A DNA stretch of 38,432 nucleotides from Octopus bimaculoides (lineage: Eukaryota), in the NCBI RefSeq assembly GCF_001194135.2, contig NC_068992.1, forward strand, positions 35,564,871 through 35,603,302. Reading direction: 5' to 3'. The notes under the pieces are model-generated. The model saw nothing but the letters and a program-made list of their open reading frames with translations. It ran no database searches and was not told the origin of the DNA. Each line of letters begins with the position of its first letter. Within the stretch, counting starts at the first letter, position 1. A program made the translations under genes and the position numbers. Positions 21,164-35,257 of this stretch are shown here, in pieces.

Positions 21164-22037
21164 CTAGCAGAAATATCCAGCGTTGCCTGGATTAAAGAAA
21201 ATAATGAAATTCGAAAATGCCTTTTAGATCTCTAACATGACACATGGATTATGCAGTTCTCAACAGTAATTAGCTGAGGTACAAACTATTAATGTCAATA
21301 ACATATTTTGTCCAATGTTCTCACTGTTAAAATTGTTTAAAAAAAACAGGTAGTTCTTTGTCTTTGCAATCACCTTCAATTGTCATCACTTATTTGAAAC
21401 ACATCAACCTGAAAATGCATAAACTTGAAAAGAACCAGCCTGCAGGCACTCCTCTCCTGTTAAAAAGTACATCAACTCCATGCAAAATACATTTAAATGA
21501 GCATTCATTATAACGGCATTCCCACATGCATTCTTTTCAAGTTATTTCGATGTTACACTCGCTTGCCCTAAGCCTTATTGCACGCAAATGGAGAAAACTT
21601 TCACTGCGTATATATCGATCGCTGTACGCCAGCGTCTAACAGCTTTGGCTTTTTAATGCACAAAAAATTTAAATTATTTTTTTTCTGTGCCTCTGATTAA
21701 AATTTTCGAAAAACAAACCCATCCACATTACTTGGAAAAACATAATCTTTATTGTGCTGGTTTTTCGTAAAATTTCGCGCATGGGAAAGGTAACAAAATC
21801 ACCCCTCCCCACTTTGAATGGGATATTCCTATCTTAAAAAGTAATAATCGATTATCTCGGTAACCATGGGAGTTGGAGGGCAATAAAAATCTCCTGAACA
21901 TGAGCGGACCATGCTGCCGCTCTGTGCTGAATTTCACGCGATTCCACTGCACCGTTCTCGAGTGAATCTGCCGACACTCAATCAATCAATCAATCAATCA
22001 ATCAAGCAATCAATAACACTGCAATTTATAGTACAGA
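21164..22037 (-). mobile_element. Non-autonomous Helitron, 874 bp, both ends intact
   Basis: On the minus strand it starts A|TCTGTACTATAAA, has (ATTG)n near the 5' end and a subterminal hairpin ATCCAG-gcaacg-CTGGAT (21175-21192), and ends CTAG|T (21164-21167). It is inserted between A and T with no TSD. Confidence 0.8.
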
Positions 22038-22119
22038 TAATAATAAAGTACAAATATTTGTGTATATTTACATGCGTGAACATAGTTAAATATGTGTATG
22101 TATCTGTGCACAACTTATT

Positions 22120-22316
22120 TTTCCCTAACAAGCTGCATATATTTCTTAGAAGTGTAGTATATTCTGAGTCACATTAGTAGCAACATGGACTTTCTCCATC
22201 TTCTTGTGCTATTAGAGAATTTTAGCGAAGTTATATTGATGCATTCTTCAATTAAATGGAGCCGCGTGAAACCGTCATACAACATCACCTTTTGATCTCC
22301 TGTTGATTATTTTGAT
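22120..22316 (+). repeat. Second (inverted) copy of the PLE terminal-repeat segment, with the 5' half of the hammerhead deleted
   Basis: It matches 19975-20250 in reverse complement except for about 85 nt that include CTGAGGA. The remnant reads GGAGCCGCGT-GAAA-CCGTC-ATA-CAACAT. Confidence 0.75.
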
Positions 22317-22325
22317 AATATATAA

Positions 22326-25455
<3,130 letters not shown>

Positions 25456-26110
25456 GTACACAGACACTTAGATATACATTTTTGTATTTTGTGTAATTTG
25501 CTATTTCACATATTTATCTGTTTAGTTCATTCCACTATTTGTCATTCCCTTCTAATAATTGCCTGCTGCAAGTTTTTTCTTTTTTTTTTTTTTGAAAGTA
25601 TTTATTATTTTTTACGTTCATAAATGGTTTCAAACATTCATCAACTGAGCCATGAAAATTTACGCAAATATCCCTACACGAACTAACACACACATATATA
25701 CACTTGCAAAGACATCCACATCTTCATACACATACATTCCTGTATATGTGTATATTAATATGTATATACATACATGTTTGTGTCTATGCACCTACATATC
25801 TATAACAACAACTACGCAGAAGGCCGATTGCTTTATTTTGTTCTAAACGTCACCATATACAAATGTGTTTCGTCTTTCTTTTTAAATTTGTTTTCCTCAC
25901 CTCTGGTTTTTCCTGTTGTTATCAATGTTAGGTTTGTTCTATTTTAACCGAGAATATGCCAGAGTGATATTCTGTTCTATTCCATCTGAGTTCAAATCAC
26001 ACCAGTGTTCATTATGGCTGTTAACTCTCCGAGACTATATCATAGATTGCACTGAAACGTCAGAATTGCGCAGATAAACGAGATTTTCTCGATGAGATAA
26101 GCCTTTTTAT

Positions 26111-26761
26111 GTGATTAAAATAAATTATAATCTTTTACATGGTATCCTAGAAAATAAAAGACTAACTCACAGCGAAATTAACAAAATAGTCAGCTCAGTC
26201 AAACGTCAGCTCAGTTTAATACATGATCACTTATACCCACAGGCAAAAAGCTCTGAAATCACTAACTCAAACCAGCAAATTAAGTACACAAAACCCTATG
26301 ATGGTGGACCATCGATTAATACTAAAAACACTATAAATGATCGTGTCAGCAATGAACTGTTAGATGGAATGCTAGAACAATATCTAACACAACTACAGCA
26401 ACCTTTCCACGAAAGAGCCCCACTTCCCAAAATTACTAATGCTAATAAGAACAGACAAGTAATGAAAAAAGTTCATCAAGCACTTGGAAAGCTGATACGA
26501 CAGCTCTTTGGGAATAGTAGAGAAGATGCCCTCGAAGTGATTGATCAACTCATTTACTCAGCTGCTTATGTTGCAACTCAGAAATGCGGTATTAAAATTA
26601 GAGATAGACAAAAAAAAGGTACAATGAATACAAAACAGCCTGCATGGATGGAAAGAATAAACCGGTTAATAATCCAACTCAGAGCAGATATATCTTTTCT
26701 GGTAGAAACAAGCAAAATGTCCTCATTGGATGGATCAAGGCCCTGGAAATTTACAAGATAG
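26111..26761 (+). mobile_element. R4/Dong-clade ORF N-terminal (pre-RT) fragment, 216 open codons
   Basis: NKRLTHSEI...RAPLPKI...QLIYSAAYV...PAWMERINRLIIQLRADISFL recalls the conserved pre-RT motifs of R4/Dong ORFs. The assignment is from memory of the family, not from a search. Confidence 0.62.
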
Positions 26762-27099
26762 CTCTAAAAATTGTGAACTTTTAAAAAGTAATCATGAATG
26801 TCCTTGTTGAGTGCATTGGATCAAATGAATCTCTTTCGTCTCTGCTTGCCTTGTTTTGACGCTGTTGCTAACAACAGATCTGCGTTCGTTCCGCATCATA
26901 CTTGCAAACAGTCTGAACCGATCTGAACCAATGAATTTGCGTTGCACCCACAATATCTCAGGGTGTAAGAAAAGACAGAATTTCATCAGTCTCTTCTTCT
27001 GCTTTCCACTTCCTGGCAGTTTTCACGTGTTGGATTATGCCTGATTTCCGTATCTTTCGACACACAGCATCATCACCGTTTTTACCTTCCCTAGTTTAT

Positions 27100-27850
27100 A
27101 AATTTCGACTATTAACGACAGTGGTAACTACAAGGAGTTGGCCTGACACTGTTTCCGAAGAGCCTTGCCTTTTCGGGATAAACTTGTAAGGCACGGTGCT
27201 AGAGTCATGCCTACCTGTCCAAGTTTCAGTGGAGGGACAGGGAAACTGTTTTGCACGCGATTGTACAGTGTCCGGAATTTCGGAGATGTGGGTCAATGAC
27301 GAACAGCTGCAATCCCGTGCGAGAAAAGTACAGCTATCCTCCGAGTCAATCATAAAGATTGTCCCGCCTTCCTCCTTTGACAAAGAAGGAAATCACGTTT
27401 TCTTGCAGTGGTAGCTACAGCAAAAGAGGCTGTATGGAAAACTCGTATGAAAGGTGTGGCGACAGGCGACTTCATTTCTAGCTTTGGACTAGTAAGGATT
27501 TTTACTTTTCACTTTGAAAGGAAGATAAAGCTGGAGCGAAAATGCCTGTCGCATGAAGTGTTTGGTAAAAGACGGATGAAGGTCGTAAAAAAGTTGGGGA
27601 TGAGTGTCCCTATATGAATATATATTACTGAATAATCTAAAGGTACAAGTGGAGAGCCGAGGTTTGTGGGGTCCGGCAAAACCCGCTTCCCTACTTCATT
27701 TTTATTGTCTCTTGTTTGTTCCCTCATTCGTTTTAACCTATAAATTTTTTAAAGTTGCCATTTTTGTATTATCATTCGGTTTCATGACCCAAAATCGTTG
27801 TAATGTCCCTTCTATGTTGGCACCTAGTGGGTAATATAGAAACTGAGAGC
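27100..27850 (+). mobile_element. Tx1/L1-clade LINE: ORF2 C-terminal zinc finger and 3' UTR (unit 1)
   Basis: RALPFRDKLVRHG...PTCPSF...ETVLHAIVQCP..SEMW...VATAKEAVWKTR...ERKCLS..VFGKR, a zf-RVT-like CCHC, followed by a T-rich UTR. Confidence 0.75.
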
Positions 27851-27853
27851 ACT

Positions 27854-28850
27854 TGAAATGAGAAGAGCTGAGTAGACGCTATCCTGTTAGGTTTGGAAGA
27901 GAAAGTGATAGTCCTCCAAGCCACGTGCATGGCCCATAAGAACTGGTAGGGACAAGGGCTTGAGATAGGGATTCAAGCAACCTACGAAGAAATATGATTG
28001 AAACCATCATGGTGTAAGATGTAGTGCTGATGGTTAAAGTGGATTGCAGAATCCCTAGGTGTCACCAATATGGCCAAAAGGGTCACATTAGTGATGATTG
28101 CTCCTCACAACCTGCTGACACCAAAGACAAATAGGCAGCCTCGCCTCTACCTCCACCAGAAAGCAACATAGAGACAACATCGAAGGATCTAAGAGACGAA
28201 GATGGATGGGAGAAAGATGGAAAAGAAAAGAAAAGGGAAGACATAAACTGGAAGTGATGAGTCCACCCCACGCCTACCCAGTTCACACCCAGGCCCATTT
28301 TGTCACACCCTTCCCCTGCAACCACCGCCCCTGCCCCGGCCGACATGATGAAAACTTGCATGCACACATAGGTGTCCCAAATCACCCAACCCCCTAAACG
28401 TAAAGGAAAAATAGAGAACAACGTGACAAAATACTTAATTTTCTACGAAATAACTAATGAACAACTGCTAAGTGAAATCAAGAGCTGGGATCATACAATC
28501 ATATGGGATGTGAAATACCTGATACATCTGATAAAAAAGGATTGGATAGTTACGTGGATAAAGTGAAATATTTCGAAATTAAAATGGACAAAACAAAAAT
28601 ATCATTTATGATAATTGCTGATAATTTGAAAACAATCTTTATTATTAATGTATCAGACTATTGCAAAAAATAATCAAAAGTGAAATGAAGGCGCCCGGGC
28701 GTAGGGCCGAACGTCCTCATTACATCATTCATTTTACGTTTCATTTCACCCTTACATCCGTTTTCACCCACCCACATGTTTGTCTCGTCTTGTCTGTCCT
28801 TGTATTGTCCCTTCTATATTTTGCCCCATTGTGGATAATAAAGAACTACT
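27854..28850 (+). mobile_element. Tx1/L1-clade LINE, internally deleted (unit 2): ORF1 C-terminal half and 3' UTR
   Basis: 27874-28265 is a diverged direct copy of about 29620-30025. The zinc knuckle CHQYGQKGHISDDC lies at 28060-28101. The 3' UTR end at 28806-28869 resembles 27804-27873. Confidence 0.7.
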
Positions 28851-28876
28851 GAAATGAGAAGATCCGAGTTAACGTG

Positions 28877-28965
<89 letters not shown>

Positions 28966-30025
28966 GTGTGTGTAAAAGGTCAGTGAAAACTTGTGAAAAT
29001 TGTGTTTAATTTGTTATTGCATTGTTTGACAATTGTTTTCATGTTTTACGTCTAAGTTGTTTTGTACTGTTCTCTGTTGTAGCGGGCTGCGTCGTTTCAA
29101 TTGCAATGAGTTCCAACTGTGATAGCATGAGCTCTTCAGAGTATTCCTCCTCAGAAGAGGAACTCATTAGAGCGTTGGAAAATACAGACAGAATGAGTTT
29201 CGTGAGGGCAGCTAAATGCCATCAGAAGAATATCGAAAAATTTAATGAACTATTAGAAAGGGATGGACACAACGTAAATGTGTCCCCGCCCCAAGATATC
29301 ATGGTGAAACAAATCGAAAAATTTGATAGTATTTAGAACGCTCTCGTCAGAGAACTAAAGAATCGAAATAACGACAAAAAGTGAAATAGACAAAAACGTT
29401 AAAATTGATATGGGGTGAAATAACGCATATAAATAGAGGCAGGAAGTACGGAACGGTGGAGGTGCAGTTCGGGGATACTGCGACCGCTGGGCTGCACTCT
29501 GTAACCCCGCTGAAATCGAAGCAGGTAGTGCTTCTTCTCACATACTTTGCATACTTTGGAAGAGGTACTTCCAGGGTGAAGGTAGAGGACACAACTCCAG
29601 AAATAGACGCAGCCTGTTAGTAGACGTGATCCTGTTAGGCTTGGAGGAGAATGTGGTAGTTCTCCAAGCCACGAGCACGGCTCATAAGAACTGGCAGGGA
29701 CAATGGCTGAAGATAGTAATTCTCGCCACCCCTGAAGACACTGAAAATATGATTGAAACCATCACGGTGTAAGATGTAGTGCTGAAGGTTAAAGTGGAGA
29801 GCAGAATCCCTAGACGTTACCAATGCGGCCAAAACAGTCACATTAGTGTTGATTGCCCCTCACAACCTGCTGGCACCAAAGACAAACAGGCAGCCGCACA
29901 TCCGCCTTCACCAGAAAGCAACATAGAGGCAACATTGAAGGATTTCAGAGAGGAAGATGGATGGGAGAACATGGAAAAGAAAGGAAAATTAGAAGGAAGA
30001 CATAAACTAAGAGTGATGAACCCCA
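28850..30025 (+). mobile_element. Tx1/L1-clade LINE 5' part (unit 3): 5' UTR with (TG)n and degenerate ORF1
   Basis: ATG at 29106, MSSNCDSMSSSEYSSSEEELIRAL...HINRGRKYGTVEVQF...RVKVE...KVKVESRIPR, and the knuckle RYQCGQNSHISVDC (29815-29856). It has several stops and frameshifts. Confidence 0.72.
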
Positions 30026-31420
30026 CGTTTCATTCATCTAATTTGTGTCTTACTAGATAAACTTTTGAGAGAAATCATGGAAGAAGCATGGATGAATTTT
30101 TCCGTTTCTCTAAATAAAGAGAAAGTGTGTTTCCTGTGTTAATATATATTACCAAAAGCTGTTAATTCAAAGAGATCAAAACAGGGGCATGCACTGATGT
30201 TAGACAATTGATAATATAACATTTTGATAGTTGTTAGAGAAATTCTCTAACTAATATAGATGAGGTAATAGTTCAGTCTGTGTATCTGGATAGTTTAGTT
30301 AGTGTTTCTATGAGGTTCAATATCAGAGACTGCATTTTCCGTGACATCAAACACGACTTTTGTGCACAAATTTGAAATATAATATGTATCCCGAAAAGAA
30401 AGTTAGTATAAAGTCTGCAGAACAGTTTATGCTTCAGAGAGGAACTCCACGTGCAATCTGTGGAAACTAGGATTCAAATATTTGCTACAAGCCACAAAAG
30501 CTCTACTTTTTGCTAGACATGCTACATATGGCTGTGACATATTGTTCATCTCGGACTTTAAAGGGAATCCTATAGGCCTTGGGGGTCTCTTCTGCTCGAT
30601 GCAGTTTTCTACTTCGCTTCCAAACATTCTAGGTTAGTTGGACAATTTTTGGCGTGCATGCAGAAGTGCAGTACAGGCAAATGACTTAAAATGTTAGCTT
30701 TCCATCGGTACCAAACTAATAGAATACTGTGTTGGTGATATGAAAGCCATACTCAGGGAAATGAGTATTTCGAAGAGGAATGGGTAAAATGTGTACGAGA
30801 TGGGAATTTAAAAAATCAAATTTCAGAAATTATTTCTATAATTTTTTTCTCAATATCTAACAATATATATTTGATTTTTTTCCTTATGCTCATGCAATGT
30901 AGAAAAAGTAGATGGTGGTTAAAAAGTATCGGGCCAAATAGATGACGCAAAATCCAATAATTTACATCTGATGCAAATTATTTATGTTCAGTTTGACTGT
31001 GGTTATTTAATGCTAATACTGAATATGTATGTACTGATAGAGAGGTTTATAAATAAGTTTCGAAGCTGCGAAATACGATCTACATTATTGTTAACATGAT
31101 TAAAATATACCACAAATACGTTGGAACTTTGAAACCAACGTCAATTAAATTATGTATCATGTTCGAATATGCATAATGGTTGTAGATCCAATTTCTACAT
31201 AATTGTGAATGACAACTTTGAAAATCTGAATAAATTATCTAAATACTCTAATCAGAGATTATTTATATCTACGTCTATCACATTTTCTAGTTTTGATGCA
31301 TTCCACCCATAAAATTATTTATCGCTTTGTAAATTTTGTTGGGGATACTGTGAATATGTTTGAGATGAATAAAATTGTCATAAAATAGATAAAGGAAATG
31401 ACTTGCTACACGGTAAGAAA

Positions 31421-31614
31421 ATATTGGTTTCAAATTTTGGCACAAGGCCTGCAATTTCTGGAGAGTGAGTAAGTCGATTACATCTATCCCAGTTCTCAAC
31501 TGCTACTTATTTTGTCGACCCAGAAAGGATGAGAGGCAAAGTCGACCTCGGCGGAATTCGTAAAGACGAACGAAATGCCGCTAAGCGCAATAACGATTCT
31601 GCCAGCTCACCACC
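31421..31614 (-). mobile_element. SINE family B
   Basis: GGTTTCAAATTTTGGCACAAGGCC...GGCAAAGTCGACCTCGGCGGAATT...TAACGATTCTGCCAGCTCACC. Confidence 0.88.
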
Positions 31615-32179
31615 TTAGGAAAAGAAAATATTAAAATGCTAAGAAGCGATGAGGAAAATAGACATGTGTTTAATAGTAAAGATAATACAAAATCGACCAT
31701 ATGATAAAGAGCAGAAACTGATACAGTAACTATCACATATTCCGAGAAAAATCTTTGCAATATTTTGACTATCAGAACTTTTTCCTTTCACATAGAGCAC
31801 TGAATATAATGAGTAAATCTATAATAGCAAATCTATAATTTATCAGAGATATATGAATGCTGGGCAAATATGATGCTCGTATTACATTATAAGCGGATAT
31901 ATGCATGGCAGTTGTACAAAAGACTATTCGTATTTAGAAATTGATTGGCATTCCCAGTGTTATCATTGATATGGACTGTATCCAGGGATGACGAACGCTG
32001 AGGTGTTATATTTATTGTTATATACAATAACAAAGTACAAAATTCAGGAATTTTGTGATTGTTATACATATCCAAGGTGATGTTAACGAAAGTCTTTCTC
32101 CGTCATATTACTAAATTCCTCCTCTTTCACTCGCCTTCACTTTATCTTCCATTCCGCGTGGCTCTCTTTCTCTCCCTGC

Positions 32180-33045
32180 CTCTCTCTCTCTCTCTCTCTC
32201 TCTCNNNNNNNNNNNNNNNNNNNNNNNNNNNNNNNNNNNNNNNNNNNNNNNNNNNNNNNNNNNNNNNNNNNNNNNNNNNNNNNNNNNNNNNNNNNNNNNN
32301 NNNNNNNNNNNNNNNNNNNNNNNNNNNNNNNNNNNNNNNNNNNNNNNNNNNNNNNNNNNNNNNNNNNNNNNNNNNNNNNNNNNNNNNNNNNNNNNNNNNN
32401 NNNNNNNNNNNNNNNNNNNNNNNNNNNNNNNNNNNNNNNNNNNNNNNNNNNNNNNNNNNNNNNNNNNNNNNNNNNNNNNNNNNNNNNNNNNNNNNNNNNN
32501 NNNNNNNNNNNNNNNNNNNNNNNNNNNNNNNNNNNNNNNNNNNNNNNNNNNNNNNNNNNNNNNNNNNNNNNNNNNNNNNNNNNNNNNNNNNNNNNNNNNN
32601 NNNNNNNNNNNNNNNNNNNNNNNNNNNNNNNNNNNNNNNNNNNNNNNNNNNNNNNNNNNNNNNNNNNNNNNNNNNNNNNNNNNNNNNNNNNNNNNNNNNN
32701 NNNNNNNNNNNNNNNNNNNNNNNNNNNNNNNNNNNNNNNNNNNNNNNNNNNNNNNNNNNNNNNNNNNNNNNNNNNNNNNNNNNNNNNNNNNNNNNNNNNN
32801 NNNNNNNNNNNNNNNNNNNNNNNNNNNNNNNNNNNNNNNNNNNNNNNNNNNNNNNNNNNNNNNNNNNNNNNNNNNNNNNNNNNNNNNNNNNNNNNNNNNN
32901 NNNNNNNNNNNNNNNNNNNNNNNNNNNNNNNNNNNNNNNNNNNNNNNNNNNNNNNNNNNNNNNNNNNNNNNNNNNNNNNNNNNNNNNNNNNNNNNNNNNN
33001 NNNNNNNNNNNNNNNNNNNNNNNNNNNNNNNNNNNNNNNNNNNNN

Positions 33046-33092
<47 letters not shown>
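32180..33092. repeat. (CT)n and (CA)n arrays flanking gap 32205-33045
   Basis: Direct reading. Confidence 0.95.
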
Positions 33093-33099
<7 letters not shown>

Positions 33100-33128
33100 T
33101 ATATGTACATATATTTATATATATTGAA

Positions 33129-33532
33129 GGCGCATGGCTCAGTAGTTAGAGCGTCAGGCTAACTATCAGTCTTTGCCTTTCCCTTAGGTAGCATCGGTGG
33201 CCTGATGAGGGGAGGCTGATATGCATGTGAAATTGCTGGTCTTTCATAAACAACCTTGCCCGGATGTGGCTTGGTTAGGGTGTTGCACTCACGAGTGCGA
33301 AATCGTGGTTTCAATTCCTAGACCGAGTAGTGCGTTGTGTTCTTGAGCAAAATACTTCATCTCACTTTCCTCTGTGATCACTTTGACACATGGTAAACAG
33401 TGCACCTATTTAGATGATGGAGGGAATGATCTAATGTACGGCACATACATGTGATCACTATAAACAAATCATCTGTGCAGGTCGTTCAACAAAAGCTGAT
33501 CGCTCATACGTCGTCTCCGACGGAAGAGTCTA
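33129..33532 (+). mobile_element. Composite of two tRNA-derived SINEs (families distinct from A and B)
   Basis: The A-box head GGCGCATGGCTCAGTAGTTAGAGCG is joined directly to SINE body sequence. A second head follows at about 33265 with B-box-like GGTTTCAATTCC and core GTGTTCTTGAGCAAAATACTTCATCT. Confidence 0.7.
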
Positions 33533-33715
33533 TCATATGTATACTAAGCATTGTCAGAGGTTACGATCAAAATCAAAACATTATTTGGATGCAATTTCAA
33601 TGAACTTATATGATTTTTAGCTTTCTACTTTTTTAGCTTAGCTTTTTAAATAAAGCGTATGACCTTCGTTATTTTTATTTTTAGTTTTTATCCTTCCCTT
33701 CTTATGCTTTACTAT

Positions 33716-33826
33716 AAAATGTCCTTGCAGCGAAATATCATCCGTACGGTGAAGTGTCTTACGGCAAATAGTCCTACGGCCAATTGTCCTACAGCGAAAT
33801 GCCTTACAGAGAATTGACCTAGATCC
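33716..33826. repeat. Degenerate 15-bp tandem array, probably the subterminal region of a DNA transposon
   Basis: GAAGTGTCTTACGGC / AAATAGTCCTACGGC / CAATTGTCCTACAGC / GAAATGCCTTACAGA / GAATTGACCTAGATCC. Confidence 0.7.
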
Positions 33827-34181
33827 ATATATATACTGGCATTGATGTAGCAACATTTTACATATTGTCCAGGTAAATACAGCTGATGAAAACAAATCAA
33901 ATTTACGATGACAAACGTATTTGAAGAGTCCAAAACCTAGGTACTAGATTATCCGATTCTGGGTTGTCCATTTATATAATGTTCTTCCTAGAGGTAGGAC
34001 AAGTTTTTTATGCTTGCTGCGCTCACACGTCTTTGCCAGTGTATACACATTGAAGCTTTACTATAGCGTCGTAAATGTATCAACTGCTATTTCCAGTAAA
34101 CATTGGTGCTTTGCTGTACCACTACTCTATATTTGTACTTCTACCTTTACGATGTTTTATTTTACTGGAAAGTAATACATT

Positions 34182-34216
<35 letters not shown>

Positions 34217-35044
34217 NNNNNNNNNNNNNNNNNNNNNNNNNNNNNNNNNNNNNNNNNNNNNNNNNNNNNNNNNNNNNNNNNNNNNNNNNNNNNNNNNNNN
34301 NNNNNNNNNNNNNNNNNNNNNNNNNNNNNNNNNNNNNNNNNNNNNNNNNNNNNNNNNNNNNNNNNNNNNNNNNNNNNNNNNNNNNNNNNNNNNNNNNNNN
34401 NNNNNNNNNNNNNNNNNNNNNNNNNNNNNNNNNNNNNNNNNNNNNNNNNNNNNNNNNNNNNNNNNNNNNNNNNNNNNNNNNNNNNNNNNNNNNNNNNNNN
34501 NNNNNNNNNNNNNNNNNNNNNNNNNNNNNNNNNNNNNNNNNNNNNNNNNNNNNNNNNNNNNNNNNNNNNNNNNNNNNNNNNNNNNNNNNNNNNNNNNNNN
34601 NNNNNNNNNNNNNNNNNNNNNNNNNNNNNNNNNNNNNNNNNNNNNNNNNNNNNNNNNNNNNNNNNNNNNNNNNNNNNNNNNNNNNNNNNNNNNNNNNNNN
34701 NNNNNNNNNNNNNNNNNNNNNNNNNNNNNNNNNNNNNNNNNNNNNNNNNNNNNNNNNNNNNNNNNNNNNNNNNNNNNNNNNNNNNNNNNNNNNNNNNNNN
34801 NNNNNNNNNNNNNNNNNNNNNNNNNNNNNNNNNNNNNNNNNNNNNNNNNNNNNNNNNNNNNNNNNNNNNNNNNNNNNNNNNNNNNNNNNNNNNNNNNNNN
34901 NNNNNNNNNNNNNNNNNNNNNNNNNNNNNNNNNNNNNNNNNNNNNNNNNNNNNNNNNNNNNNNNNNNNNNNNNNNNNNNNNNNNNNNNNNNNNNNNNNNN
35001 NNNNNNNATATATGTATATATATATATGTATATATATATATAAG

Positions 35045-35257
35045 TGTGTGTGTATCTTTGTGTATGTGTTCCCTCCATCACAGCCTGACAACGGCTGTTG
35101 CTGAGTTTATGCCACTGTAAACTAGCGGTTGGATAGTATAAGTACTAAGGTTAAGAAATAAGTCTTGGAGTCGATTTGTTCGACTGAAACCCTTCAAGGC
35201 GGTGGTCCAGCATGGCTGCAGCCGAGTGACTGAATCAAGTAAAAGAATAAAAGAATA
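35045..35257 (+). mobile_element. SINE family A, 3' half (head probably in gap 34217-35007)
   Basis: GTCGATTTGTTCGACT...CCAGCATGGC...GTAAAAGAATAAAAGAATA is the reverse complement of 3820-4010. Confidence 0.82.

Noticed and set aside
30060-30720. Possible CR1/Jockey RT remnant (ARGVP on the minus strand near 30445)
   Set aside because: Only one partial motif, with no neighbouring RT motifs in any frame.
33196-33250. Hammerhead-like CTGATGA...GAAA
   Set aside because: The intervening sequence forms no stem II, stem I does not close, and the segment is ordinary SINE body.
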